Counted from the stretch's first letter, positions 23,201-36,893 are shown. The stretch: 64,000 bases of DNA from Haplodiscus bocki (GCA_965655095.1 OZ296650.1:122512001-122576000); one strand, 5' to 3'. The notes: generated by a model from the sequence alone, not told the origin. A program made the numbers and translations.

Positions 23201-25859
23201 GCAAAGTGTTTGGCTTCCGAGGTCAGTTCAGTGCACGGTTGGACGCTCAATCTTCCTTGAGCACAGGGTAAGAATTTCCGCTGCTAAAGTCGTAATCAAC
23301 CGTTTTTCTCCGAGCTACGGCTTCTCAAAGTCCCGTTGATTTCCCCAGGGTAGCCAGGCCGTGCAAATTTAAAAAATCTCACTGCAGTATTTCTTGCCTC
23401 CTTTGGCTCAAAACACTCCTTTGTTTTAATTGTAGTCTTTTCATTTCACTCCCGACAGATAGGTTCTTCAGGTTGACTCAAAATTGGATCATTTTGATTG
23501 GTGCGTTGGTAACACATTCCTTCCACACAAAACTCAAAATCGTGGTCTGTAGTTCCAGAATCAGAAATTTGATGAAAAAATACTTTTTCAAACAGGCTCA
23601 CACTTCTCTAAATTTCGACAGCTCTGTCTACCACGATAAGCATTTTTGCTAACGCTTGATGTGTTTTTAGTACCTGAAAGAATTCATGTTTTTGAGCTTC
23701 ATTTTGAGGTACCACAATATCTGAGCGCTTGCTCAGGTGGCAAGTAAATGTGTGTCTTTTGAAAATTTCAGTGCCGCATTATATCCGTTTCCCGTCACAA
23801 ATTGTTGAATGCTAATTTCAACAGTATAAATTGTTTCAAAATTTTCACAGGAACCGTTACTTGCAAAATACTCCAATTATTCTTAATGGGTTTTCTCCAG
23901 AGGAAACAGCCTTTCCTTAGTTTCCTTCTTTTTGTCAATTGACTTCCGAGGATTTAATTCCAAATGCTCAAAAGGTCCATCAGTTGTTTCCAGTTTCAAT
24001 TGTTCATCAGTTTGAGCTATTTCTTGTCGAAATTCTTCCACATCCCACTTACGGTTTTTTCGTGACCTGTACACTCCGCTGAATTCGCAATGCTCCACTA
24101 ACAGCAGCTTCAAGATCGTTTGAGACCACCAAATAAAAGAACCCCAATCAAAATTGTCATCACTGTATCTGTTTTGCAGCTTTGTGTTCAGGTTCCACGT
24201 AAGAAGCAACTTTATTAAAACTGGCTGTCGTTGCACATCCAAAAAGTTGAAAAAAACACTAACCATTCGTTTCAATTCCCTAAATTCGATTTGACTTTGA
24301 ACAAAGTCATCCATGTCATGAACCATCTCCTGAAGGCACAAGACACCTGCTTCCGTAGTCCCCCGTACGGAACATCATCTTTTCTTACCCACTCTAGGTC
24401 TCTAGTGTCCTTTTCACTTCCGAAACACATCATTCGTCAATCAGCCTCTGTCCGTTCTTAAAAAATGTTCGCTAATCGTCAACCTATTATTCCGAAGAGA
24501 ATGCAGTACCAAATGCAATATCTCAATGAAAAAACAACCCCGGTATTTGCTTCCTGCAGAGGGTTCACTTGAATTCACTTCAGGTCAGTTGCTGCAGTTG
24601 CGCGTTCAACCAGCTAAAGAAATATGCTAAGATTGATTATTTCGAATCAATTCCAACTTGGTCCATTTTAGATTTACTAGCAAAAGAAGATTCATTTCAA
24701 TACCAAAGCAAACGCTCCCCTCAGTCAATTTTTCTATATAGCTCGAACCGCAATCCCCAAGGCATGCTGAAGCCTCCAAATCTTCGTTCCTACAGCCTCA
24801 AAAAACTACCAATCCCTTATCAGTTTAACTAGTTGAAATAACCAGATAGGCGGACCAAAACTAACGGCCGAAGGAACTCTCAAAAACTTGATTCAAATTT
24901 ATGCTGGTCCCTGTCTTTCTATGTTTTCCAGGATTAAAAAACACAACCGAAATAGCAAATCCAATGATCTTTGAACGGAACTCAAGTCAAATTTTTTTTA
25001 AAATTCAGAATTTGCAAATTCTCAGTTTCTTCTCTGAAGCAATAATACCGCGATAATCATCCAAACTCCAATTCACATCTATTTTTGGCCACCGACTTTG
25101 GAAAACCGAACTTTATGTTTCAAGTCCCAGCCACTTGAATTCTAACGTCCTTTATAATCAGTCCAATTGTCTAATTGAATGTTTTTTTTCAGATACTAAA
25201 CAATTAACACCTATCGAAGTTCAAAGTTTTACTGCGTGAGTGGCATGACAGAAAGAAGAAAAGTCAAACATGTAGCTGAGGCGAGTTAAGATAGGATATA
25301 CACACTCGATTATTGGTTTGGACCACCAGTCATGTTTGAAGTTAGGCTTTATTTCAGATGTACCTTAGGAGAGGGCATGGCTTCGCGTGTGAACTAAGTT
25401 ACTAGCAAAATTGGCACAATGTGTTAAAAGAGACGGTCCGAGTCAATGTTTTCAGATAACTAATACTTTAAAAAAGAGCCGAGTCAGAGGTTTGTCCAAA
25501 ACAACAGCCGTATACATCATTGCTGAGGTTTTGAGTTGAAGAGCCAAACCAATGTCAAAACATGGGTTTTTTTAACGATGAGATTTTGTCCAGTTTCCCA
25601 CTGCCACGTCCGGCTATTTCATGACGTACGCAGATATTTCATAGCCAATATGGATTCTTAATGACAGAAGTAGTAGTCTTTTGGCGTAGGCAGACCCTTT
25701 AGGAGAAAAATGGATAGCCAATGCGACTGAGAATATTGCTTTAAATTGGTGCTATGTAAAAAGATTGATTCAGTTTTTACTTGAAACGATTTGCGATTAC
25801 GAAACTGGAAGAAAGTGTTGTTTGGCCTGCGGGTTTCTAATAATGGAGAAGAAACTGCT

Positions 25860-26245
25860 ATTCGCAATATACTGTAAATGAAGGCATATTAAGATCGTGA
25901 ACTCCAATCAGTTCTTGTTGTCAGAACAGTAAAGGATGAACAGCGGAAAGTATCGTAAAAAGATCGCAACTACTTCGATGGCACTGTAGTGGTAATGGAT
26001 CCGTCTGGTTGTAGTGCAGATTGAACAAACTGTAAAATTTGAGTCCGAGTAACTCTGCAAGAAAAAACTTTTGATCAGCCTCTGCAAATATTATTGAATG
26101 CTCGCCCTGCATAATGCAAGTTTTTGTACTTGTAATGGCAAAAAAATCCTTTGGAACGTAATCTGAAAGCAATGAACAAAAATATTCTTACTTGAGTAGA
26201 GTAGAGAAAATCGGTTGACTTGATGCTGTGGAGTGTTTTTAGCCC
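25860..26245 (-). pseudogene. Adenain-like cysteine protease (Maverick PRO)
   Basis: SDYVP..FAI...MQGEHSI..A...FLAELLG...PLQCHRSSC keeps the His, Gln and Cys positions of the GxHW...DSLG...Q...CG consensus. Confidence 0.8.
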
Positions 26246-27560
26246 TGTGGTCGATTTTTTCAAACAAAGTTAACTTTGTCAACTGCAAAACTAAACACAC
26301 GTTGTCCCAATGCAATGAGTTCAGCAATATGATCTAGAAGAACCGTAATGTGTATCTCCAGTTTCAGTGGCTCCCAGTTTTTTATGGAGGCATTTTTTTA
26401 CTAAAATCTTGCATGAAATTAAATCAAAGACTAGTGCAAAAAGCTCTTGGAAAATTTCAATGATAACTTAGGAGAAATCATCCTGAAAGTTCATTGCTTC
26501 AATGTGATAAGTTACAAGCAGGAATCATCAGCAGCATCAAAACCTAGCATTGGTTCCCCTTCTCTAAATTTTCCACATTGTCTGAGATCGAATCTTTAAT
26601 CCCGGAAAAGTTTTCCAATAGTACGTTCCGTTGAATGCCAATTTATTCTTATTGCAATAGCAGTTCGACAAACTGAGGCACTGCTGAAATTTTCTTTCGA
26701 ATTAACTGATTTTGTCTGGCTTGAATGATTGAAACTTTTGCTAGACTCTGAAATTAGTTGTATTCAACAGGAGTGAAAGAAAGCACGTTTAGTTTTTCGA
26801 AGTGATACTCATCTTTGAGAACATTTCGACGTTTTTAAGACGAACCATCATCAAATCTAAGACACACGTTGGGCTGGCCGTTAATCATGGAAAAACTAGG
26901 TCTGGGTTTGATTGTTCGTTGTTTGATTCCCATATTTGAATAGAGAATTACAGAAATGGAGAAAAAGTTAACTCCCAGTATAGGATATAACCTGTAGCCA
27001 TCGGGTCTACAAAGAAAAAAATTTGTCCGCGTAAAAAAACGGTACCGGCTGTTCTCATCGGCAGAATCTTTTTGATCATTGAACTTGCCGGGTAGGTCTC
27101 CGTTACACTCGAGAACGTCTCTGTCTAATATGTTTGAAGTGTAAGTTATGTGGGCAAAGATGCGCAACGGTTTGTAAGTTTGCTAATTGTTGTTGTACGC
27201 CTGAACATTGGACAAAACTGATGGCAAAAAGTTGTTAGCAGAAGTAGAAAAAGGAATGGGAGTTTTTCTCTACAAGTCGTATATCACTGCGGCTTCTTTT
27301 GTTCAAATTTTATGCTGTGTTTTAACGTACTTGATTCTGTTAATTTCTCATTGACTCTTGAACTTTTTCTGTTCCAGAGAGAAGGAAAATTGTCTCAGAT
27401 TAACATGAAAGCTCCGATGCGTTTGATTTTCAAAATGGTTCCACTTTTCATCAAGTGAGGTAGTTAGATGTGTTTTTTGCGTGTGGAATGAAAAAATTAT
27501 GTTAAGTAATGGGGTTTTTTGACCAGACATATCCTTAAATCATCAAAAGGGCTGATACCG
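26245..27560 (-). pseudogene. Major capsid protein (double jelly-roll, Maverick MCP/hexon)
   Basis: Fragments HLTTSLDE..FENQTHR..VNLRQ, FFTR...RPDGYRLY.ILGVNFFS..LYSNM...RPSFSMI, RTAIAI, AMNFQDD and ALVFDL match Maverick MCP consensus, including the C-terminal xFDLT region. Confidence 0.82.
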
Positions 27561-27599
27561 GATTTTTGGTCAAAATGATCAACAAGATTTAATTGTAAA

Positions 27600-27918
27600 A
27601 CAGCTCAATACGCGACGGACTCTACGATAAACTTTGCCTGAATATTTTCTTTTCTTGCTACCACTTACCGGCCGTTTTTTGTTGGTTTGCCTTCCCACTG
27701 ACTTGGCGGCCGTCTTAATTTCTTTTACCAGTCTCAACCTCCGCCATTTTTTGTACGGCAAACTGTAACGAAGAAACACCGAAACATTTTGCTGCTGGGA
27801 TAACGTTTTGTGAGTCTGGGTAGAACTGCGGTCTTCCAAAAAACTTGGGCATGTGCACCAACTTCCCTTCCATTCTATCAACTATCTGCAAAAACTCCAA
27901 ATGTCTTGAAGCAACCAT
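27600..27918 (-). pseudogene. Basic core/pVII-pX-like small protein
   Basis: MVASR..., VIPAAKCFG..LQFAV..MAEV..G and IKTAAKSVGRQT..GSKKRK. Basic and amphipathic, located between the minor and major capsid genes. Confidence 0.6.
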
Positions 27919-27949
27919 ATTCTGGCGTCCCGTTTGACGGATTTTATTG

Positions 27950-28745
27950 TTGGAAGCTATCCTAAACACCAAAACAAGATGAATGAAAGCAACAGATACA
28001 AAGTGTTTTTTGTGAGTGCTCGTGTTTCTCAACTCTATGCTATCGAATTTTACAAAAATTTTGGGCATCGATTTGATTTGTAGGTTACTAAGCGTTTGCT
28101 AGTTCCATTAGTGTCAGCATAAAATTTTGTCTGAGTTTTAGCTTTGAAATACAAAAAAGCAACGCAGCAAATGAGCGTTTCTGTCGCCAAGAAATCAATA
28201 CTCGAAAAATTCGGCGTTTATCATCATCGAATGTAGGAAGACAAAATCGTAATCGAAATCTCGTTTGTGATTAGGTTTTCCAATGAACGTCACTCCAAAC
28301 TCGGTGAAAACATTGTCTGCAAAAAAATCTGACTTTCGTACAACCGAATGGAAAACCTCATCCAACACTTGCATGTTGTACCTCAACATTTGGCCGACCT
28401 CGAGGCAGTTTACCTGAGATGCAATCTATGGTGTGACTGTGATCCGTTCGAATAACCGTTTTCATGACTTCCAAAAAATCAAAAAATGGATGGGTAGACA
28501 TTGACTTACAGACAAAAAACGTTTGACGCGTTGCCATGTTTTGTATCAAAAAACTTGACATTCCCGTCTCGAAATTTCCGACTGACTGATTTGTGGAAAC
28601 TAGAATTTTAAAGGCAACTGAAACCTTCCATAGCCCCTCCCGTTTCGGTTGCTCCGGCAAAAAGATTAAAAGAGAGACAAAATTATTGTCTGGCAAGAAT
28701 TTTGCTGATGTCTGGAAGACAAAATCTATATGAAACAGGTTTTGT
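27950..28745 (-). pseudogene. Minor capsid protein (penton, single jelly-roll)
   Basis: N-terminal SAKFLPDNNFVSLLIFLPEQPKREGLWKVSV resembles S..LFPDNTLSSFTNFLP..L.LEG.WEVA. C-terminal FDSIELRNTS..KHFVSV..HLVLVFR. Confidence 0.8.
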
Positions 28746-28749
28746 TGAA

Positions 28750-29595
28750 GGACTGTGATAATTTCTTTTATAGTTTTTGAAAAGTGTGTTCTCATCCTCC
28801 CAACTCCATAATGTGTTCGTTGGTGGTTTTCCGGAAGCAATCACAACATGTTCAGATACTTTGTGTGTGAATTGTGGCATGTAATTATACCTGAAGAAAA
28901 AGCTATATTTGAAGTTTCAAAGGTAGTTTTACGTTATCATAGTCGTTTGTTGTACAGAATGGAAAAAATGTCGGAAACTTTTGGCATTCTGTAGTAACAA
29001 GTTTATCGAAATTGTTCTTCTAGAAATTTGGACTGTAACTAGTTGAGACTATTTGTAATTATACTTGTACAATTAGACTTTCGGACGCGGTAAATAATTC
29101 TCAAAGATTGTATTGTACGTTCGGCAAGTCCAGCCTAACTCCCACTGATGGTAAAAAAGTTTGTTTTCAATAAGTTTTGAAAAAAAAGTTTCTCTGATTC
29201 CCAAGCCCCTTTTGTACCACGGCCATCCCTTAATTAATCAGCGCTATTGTTTCACAATCAAAAGTAAAAAAAATCAAACAGTTTCTTTAGTAGAACTTAG
29301 GTTTCCAATCCGCTGGCATCTAAACTTCTACCAAACAAGTTTTGATAGACTAGATAAAAGTTTACACCGTTATTTTAATTTGCCATTGTATTAAGGTATG
29401 CCAAAATGCAATTTTTTATCTCTCGCATTTACGTGCGGCTAAAGTAATTACTGTTTAGGAAGTCGTTGAATGGATATTTAACCTCATCTTTAATACTTGT
29501 CGACCCCTGGCGTTCACCAAAACGTGCACAAAACCATTGCCAGCACCACCTTGTGTATGAAGTTCTTGCAGCACCAGATTTTCATATTTCAAAAG
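28750..29595 (-). pseudogene. Retroviral-type (c-int) integrase with C-terminal domain
   Basis: Fragments LHTQGGAG, a WYKRG/DKG region, AERTIQSL, and PQFTHKV..VVIASGKPPTNT..EDE, which resembles the GY.P.FT.EVF.I....PPTY...DE tail of Maverick integrases. Confidence 0.75.
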
Positions 29596-29599
29596 GGAC

Positions 29600-30320
29600 A
29601 CAAACTTCTCTCCTTTTGGAATTGTCACTTTGCTTCAGAACCAGAAATGGAGATATATCAGCATTGTCAAGTAAGTAACGTAAATTTCAGAAATTTCTGC
29701 GGTTCAACGAGCCAGTTTTTGAGCAAAGGTTGACAGTGAAACTTTAGTTTCGATACCAAAAAAATTTATTGACTGTCAGATTGAAAGTACAAGGACAAGG
29801 ACAGTTTCTGAAACCTAAAATGTCAGTTTTGCTAGAAAACAATGTTTTTTTTTGCCTTTTCAGCGAACCAATTTGGTACCTGGATTTTTGTTGAGCTTGA
29901 TTTTATGATATTTCTGTATCGAAAATGATTGCTTAGTTAAGTTTTTGTTGTACAAAACAGCAGGGAAAATAGCAAATTGCTCAAGATCAAGACAAATGAT
30001 AAACAACAGCAGGAGTAACCAGCGCGAAGCTTTTATAGGAAGTCAAAAGGCCATTCTTTTGCTCATTTTAGAGACAATAACTGGGCTTTCTATTGAAACT
30101 TTGCCACGTGGCGTGTTTCTATGCTTTGCAGCTTTCCCCTTGGCAGATTCTTTAAGGACTCACATAGAAACCAGAAAAACACATTTAGACACGACGCGAG
30201 TGAACAACTTTAAACATTCTGGCAAAACTTTTGTAACAGTGGGAGATATAGACAATTTGTGTGTTCATCCTTCGAAGACTTTAAAAGCATTACTTTTCGA
30301 GGACAAAAAATTTGGCAGAC
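29600..30320 (-). pseudogene. Two conserved Maverick ORFs of unknown function between ATPase and integrase
   Basis: Degenerate coding-like sequence (VSMCESLKNLPRG-type and LDNADISPFLVL..K fragments) at the position of the uncharacterised Maverick genes. Confidence 0.4.
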
Positions 30321-30895
30321 GTAATGCATTGTTTCTGTAGTAACGTTGTTCTTTGTCTGTTTATGGAAATACTACAGTCAAAAATGGACATAGGAAAAAC
30401 ACTTTGCGTCTCCAGCAGATCAGTTGCTTTGGTGCGATACATTACAGTCTATGTAGCATAGTGACTTGCGTGAGAAGGGAAAAAAATATCTAATTTGTAC
30501 CTCATCGTCGCAATCTAAATTGCTTGGCGGGGGCAAGATGCAATTGATGTCTTCAGTACTTAGTCTGCAATGTCCTCCAGCGGTAGTTATTACAAATAAA
30601 GCTATTGTATTGAAGGTCTCCTGAAAAGGTTCGTCAAAGTTTGGAAAGTAAATGTACAGTTGTATTCCAAAAAATCAAAGGTTTCAAGGTTTAGGCCTTG
30701 AAAAACTACGAACTTTGCAATTTTTTTGCGTAGCATCGTACAGTGGCAGTGAGTGTTGGAATAAAAAGTGACCATTCTCAAACTTTGCTTCCATTCCAAT
30801 GTTTCGCTATTTGCAAACAAAAAGCCATTTTGACAACTCAGACACTCCCACCGATTAAAAAAGTCACGATTTTTTGTAGAACTCACCTTGTTCAC
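30320..30895 (-). pseudogene. A32/FtsK-like packaging ATPase
   Basis: MNKVSSTKNRDFF... N-terminus with an eroded Walker A, TTAGGH (AGRH-like), FSHASH..D and a C-terminal TDKEQRY remnant. Position fits Maverick gene order. Confidence 0.65.
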
Positions 30896-31329
30896 AGTAT
30901 TTGCGGGAATAGAGTGTATACAGCGGCACTACACAGAACTTCCACTCAAAATCTTTGTTCAACTCAAGTTTTCGAAAAAACACCTCAGCAAAATCTACAC
31001 AAACTTTTCAACTATTTGCCAAAGGTTTGGGACAATAGTCAATCAATCATCTGGAGCACGTTAGTCACAAACAGACTACAATTTTGTTTCTTGATTGTTG
31101 TTGTTCAAGCCAACTTTGCCTAAAATGGAAATATCTCCTTTCTCAGTTAAGTAGCATAAATGTTCAGTTTCCCAATACAAATACTTGAAAAAAACAATCA
31201 CTTTCAAAATGGCAAAACGTAGCTACAGACAATATATTTGGAAAATCAAAATAAACATTAAGTGCTACCCAGTCCAGTTACCAAACTTTTCTGCTTCGCG
31301 CTTGGCAAAGTGGAGTGTAGTATTTCATT

Positions 31330-31690
31330 GGATTGGGTAACTGGAGCAATTCAAAGGTTCCTCAACTGCTTTAGAATCTACAAAGTCATGAAGTTTGGGC
31401 AACAAGGACCACCCAAAATTTCAACGGCTTCATCGATTAAAGTGCTAAGAATCTTAAACCTTGCTGTTTTTTTGTGAAGTATTAAGGCTTTTGCTCCAGG
31501 AAGAGTGCTTCAGTGCGAAGTATATTTCATACTCCCAGAGCTCAACGCATTGCCCAGCAAATTTCTTTTTCAACAAAGGTCTGCTTCACGTGCTTGAACA
31601 TTTTGGAAGACAAAATCAGTCTTCTTCAACCTTCCCTTCCACTAAAACTCATCATGCCTTCTTCATACTTTTATCTCCAAGGTTAAAATA
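31330..31690 (-). pseudogene. Possible DEDD-like exonuclease / conserved Maverick ORF
   Basis: Fragments VLVEGKV..F.LPK, KQTF and ILSTLIDEAVEILGGPCCP resemble the IKEL...F.PP...NLE..GCP family. Confidence 0.4.
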
Positions 31691-32604
31691 TAAAACAAAG
31701 TGGGAGTACCGCTTCAAAAATTGACAGGAATGAGGAAGGAAGGTCGTAAAAGTTTGCGATAAAAACAAGAGAGTAGTGCAGGCACCTCACCAAGCAATCA
31801 ATAGTTTCGCCCCTCGTCCAGTCTTGTGACAGTAGCCAATTCTCTTTGTAGTATGTGATCGTACTGCTCCAGCAGCATACAGTAGTTTTGTGCAAAGCCA
31901 AAATAAATTGGCGCTGCAAGAAAGAAACACACCAAGGAAAGATTCCACGATATACAAAAACTTGTTTTCAGTCAGTTAAAAAGTTTCCATTGCTTCAACA
32001 GTAAAATGCACTCAGAAAAAAATCTTTGCGAACATTAATGCTTTCAAGTGACAAATTCAGTCTTCAAGAGGATTGCAAAATAATCACTTGACAGAAAACA
32101 TCTCTTCTCGATGAATTTTGCCTTTCTACGAAATGTTGTTTCATCCAGTAAGTTGGACCGTACGACAAAAAACGTCAAAGCAGCTGAAGAAATGAACTCA
32201 CACAGCTACGAACATTTGAATGAAATTATGTCAATTTTAGATCAACTTCTTTATTTTTAAGGCAAAATTACTTCAGTAACGCTAAAGGACAATGTTCAAC
32301 TTGTCAGCGTCAATCAATATTTCGCCCAGTACTTGCTAATGTTCATTCAACACTAAACTTATCTTTGGGATCAAGGTTGTCCTCCTTTGGAGTTGTTGCA
32401 TGTCAAGCAAGGGCGGCCAAAAGAACCTAAGAGAAGTTTTCGCAGTTCTTACCCTAACAATTGGAAGTCCCAAAATTGATTCTTGCTTGAAAATTACCTT
32501 TTTATATCGACCATTGTTCCAACTCGTCCTGAATTGCATACTAGCAGAACTGATATAGAGCGTATTGTTGCACTTGCCGTCACAAGATATTACCAATAGA
32601 AAGA

Positions 32605-33200
32605 TTAGCCAAATTTTTTGTAAACAAAACTCATAACATCGATTACATAGAAGAATTCATCAATTGTATGACTCACAGTGACAATTTTTTCCACCTTTTT
32701 CTGTATTTTTCGGAGAACTTTTTGGAAGTGAGCATATAAACTCTCTCGCGTTTCCTTTTTGTACTTCACCAAAGTCACGCATGTGTTCCCGTTGGGATCG
32801 TCGATCACTTATAAAGAGTTCGAGTTGTTCCTCATTTTCCGTGAAGAATGTTTTTTGCAAAACTAGGAAATATGTGTTGCTCCAACTTTCTCCTGCAACG
32901 GCCAGCTGTGTCCTCAGTTGAATGAATTGATTGTTCTCTAATTCTTGCCTTGTAAATTTCTGATGAGGGGCAAATAAGTCTGTGGCCATCTTTTTGAAAA
33001 CTTTGAAAGAAACATCCACATAGTTGGGGCAATTCTGAACCAAGAAATCCGTCCAACTCTATCCTGACTCTTTTCAAACATCCATAAAGTTGGTGTAAGT
33101 TAGCTTGTCAAAGTAGGCAGAAGTGTTATAAGCGATGTGTTCTGATCGCTGAGACAGCACATTGGTGGCTGAGAGAAGTGAACTTTTCGAGGAACAAAGA
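32605..33200 (-). pseudogene. Putative PC4/PUR-like ssDNA-binding protein with two repeats
   Basis: NYVDVSFKVFKK...QKFTRQELENNQFIQLRTQL and TCVTLVKYK..SLYAHF..RK..EK..TVSHTIDEFFYVIDVM: each is beta-strands followed by a helix. Confidence 0.45.
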
Positions 33201-33839
33201 TTTCGAAATGTTTGTGGTGCTACAAATTTTTCCCATCCTACTTTTCTGAAAAATTTATTTAGCCATTGTCACGTCATATTTTTGTAGCGGAATTTTTTTC
33301 TCCTTCGGTCATTGGCACAACAGATTTCCGAAAATGGATAAGAGTTCTTTTTCTGGACAACTTGTTCAAAAACGAAAAAATTAATGTTTCTCAGATTCGT
33401 TTAATCAGAAAACAACTCCTTGACCACATAGTTCCTGTTATGCTGCATGCAATTCCCAGCTTTCGCTCAAATTTCTCGGAAAATGTTCTTTTCAATTTTG
33501 CCACATGCAAAAAACACATTGTGAGTGAGCAGTGCAGCATCGTCCACCACGACGACAAGACGTTCTTTCCCACCAATTGCAGATATCTTTTCATAGTTCG
33601 AAGAGCCAATGAAGTGAAGCAACAGAATTTGGACGCAATCTAATTCATCTACCAGAACGCGGACTGCCTCTATGCACACTTCATGTCTCAGTTGAAAGTC
33701 AAAAATGTTGCTGAGAGCAGACGAGCGTATGTTAGTGTCCAGAGTACAATGTATTTCACCCAAACAAACAAAGCCGTGGACTGAATGCTCAGCATAGCAA
33801 AAAAAACCTCGAGCAGGAAACTGCAAAAACCACGTGTTT

Positions 33840-34493
33840 AAATCACTCTCAGGCGTTAAATCATTGCAAACTGTTGGACCAGTGTTTGGAAATTGAGCAA
33901 AACTAGTTCCAGTGACAAAAAATTCAACTGATTTTGAAAAACGCTGGGAATCTTTTCCTAGATGCTTATGGTGGTTCGACAAGCGTTTTAATTGGTTTAG
34001 AAAAATCTATAAAAAAATTCATCTGTTTCAGTCCACGAGCAAACAAAGTTCTCTTTTGGTAGTGCAAAATCGATTGCCAATGTAGCCAGCTAGAATGCAA
34101 TTAACATACAAAAAGCAATAAAGAAGAGAAAACCACCCCACCAACGAATAAATCACCACTTGCCGCACTCCTGAGGAAAAACGTTTACCTACACTCTTTC
34201 TATAGATCTGCTAACGAGACTGGGGTGAATATCGTCTCGCCCTCAGTTCAAGTAACGCCTAGACCCTGTTTACCCATCAATGTCTTTCAGTTGATCTTAT
34301 TTTTCTTGTTGCCCCCCCAAATTGGTGATCGCTATGCATGAATTTACTAAAATTATAAGCACTTCGTTGATTTGAGAGTGATGTAATTCGAAACTTCATG
34401 TTAACTTACAAAAAGTTTTTCTCCGGATACTTTTGTCTAGAGTCGCTTTGAGAAGTCTCTCGTCAAAACGGATTTTAGTCCAGATTGATAAGG
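33840..34493 (+). repeat. Segment A, duplicated at 37727-38380
   Basis: 654-bp direct repeat, offset 3887 bp, about 4 differences counted by eye. Confidence 0.95.
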
Positions 34494-36893
34494 GCACTCT
34501 GCAAATTGGATTGATAAGGGCACTCTGTAAAGGGGACTTTACAAATTTCGTCATTTTTTGATCCTAAACATCTATTTTCACGTTTTGACATGACATTCTA
34601 ATCAAAAGTTTGCAACCAAAAAAAAGTTTAGATTCCTTTTTCTCCATAAAGAGGTAAACTTTTGCATTTTTTGTACATTTGGAAAAAACATGATTGTGTT
34701 AGAGCTCTATTTGAGGAAATTGAATTTTAAATCCAAAGTTTTACTTTTTGTTAGTCTCTGGATCAAAGTTTTTACAACGTTTCAGATTTTGCAATTGAAA
34801 ACTTTGTACTTTTTTGTTTTATATTCGAACCTGTTTCCACCACATTTGGAGTTCAAACTTTTCTTTCTCTAACACCGTGATCAATTTCAGGTAACAACTT
34901 CATCCTTGAAAAAGAAACAGAATTTGTCGATCAAACAGTATTTTCTGTACTTCCTTTCTTTTCGGAATTTCTGTTTGCTGTGTTGTCTCATATTACCTCT
35001 GCATGAACTTGTTTTATGCAATAACTAGCTGCCACTGGTGGGTGTAAAAAAAGATACGAGAGTTGTTTTCGTCTCACTTTCCGGATAGTTTGTTTAAATG
35101 ATTATAATTAACGGAAAAGTTTCAAAAAATGGTAATAAAAAACACAAACATCATAAAAAACATACCTACAGACAAACTCCTCTACAGAAATGTTGGCACA
35201 TTTCAACTCTATTGCCAGGAAAGCAATATCTAAGCGAACCGAAAAACCTATTGACTGATCCGATGACTGGGTTTAATTATGAAGTTTTTTCAATATCTTG
35301 CTCGTAGGCAATCAGAACAAGGATTCTTTCCACTGGAACCATGGCAAACTCATAGAAGGTCGAAGTGAAAATTGGTTTCTCCTGGCACAACCGAAAAATT
35401 CTCTGCAAGTTCAAGTCATTATTTTCCGAGTGAAATTCAATGCCTTGCAGATCAAACAACTTTTACCCGCTTGTGTTCATCTCCTGTCCTCCTACTCTTG
35501 AAACAACTTCGATCCGCAACTGAACAGTACCTTATTCGTTGGGAGTTACTAGAAGTCGCGCTGGATGATTGCCATAAACGTTTCGTCTCTGCGTTTGTAG
35601 CGATCTCCATGCAACGGTTTTTTTTCGCAAGCTGATTGCGATGTTTTGGACAGCACTTTCGACTTTCAGAATCACTGAACTTGGAAAAACGTCGAAAATC
35701 CGTCTTGATACTGTCTTTGAGGACCGCCAAAACCATAATTTTCTTACTCTAGAATACGTTTAGAAAAAACGAGACCAGAAGCAATAATTGGTTGAATGTT
35801 GAAACAGGATTGAACACTCTTTTATTCCAAACTGTGGGTTAATTTCAATCTTCTGTGGTACCAGATGAATTGTGGCCATTTTTTGAGGAAGTTTTGAAAA
35901 TACTGGGTTCAGTTTTTACAGATCGTCGACTGGACTTGTGTTTGTTGGTGAAAAAGTTCCCGCTCCACCAAAGGCGCAAATTGTTTCTTCTCGTTTCTTT
36001 TATAAAAGCACAAGACAGTGAGTGTTAAACTTTTGTTTTCCATAGCCTAAACTTGAACTGAAAATAAAAGTCGTGAAGAGCACACATTTTTGGTTGACCC
36101 GATAGTTTTTCCGGTTTTTGGAACCTTCTCCACATTTTTGGTAGGTGGCGTGTCTCTTTTTGGTAGCGTTTTCTTATATTGAAGTTTGTGAGGGCACTGT
36201 TTCAATACATGTCCATCCTTCACAAAAAAGCACAAGAAAAAGCTTGTTGTTTAATCTAACAGAAATATTTCAGCGTTGTTCGTAGCGTCGACGTCGTAAA
36301 TCTTTTCCCTCAATCCACACCTGTAGAGACTGGAGAAGCTATTTTTGTACAAACTGGATTTTTTGTGACGATTCAATTTACCAATTTCTGTAAGAACCGG
36401 ATGATCACCGTAAAGCTCGAGTTTTTCGGTACAAGAGGCAGAATTTGGACTTGTTCGAAACTACAGGATAGACGTTCTTGTGTCTCTGCATATTCTTTAA
36501 GGTTTTTCCGACGGTGAACAAGTTAATCATCGTTTTCTACTCGTAAGTTTAGAAAAATGTTATCCGAAAGAATCCAATTTAAACGTTTTGATATGTCGAC
36601 TCCTTCTTGGGGAATAAAAAACATTGTTTTGTCTTTAAGTTGCAAGAATGAAGCAATTAACTTGCAAAATTACTTTATGTAGAACCGTTGTTTCGTCAAT
36701 TTTTTCAGTGGTGAGGCTGTGAAAAAATGCAAAGCGTGTTGTTAGAAAAGTTTTCTACGCTATCTCAATAGACATCTTTCCTAATTGAAAAAAGTTTGGA
36801 CGAGCCAGAACTTAGCCTTTCATTCACATTTACTGTTTCTTTATATAGCAATTAATATAAAATCAGAGACTCGTTGGTACAGTAATAAACACG

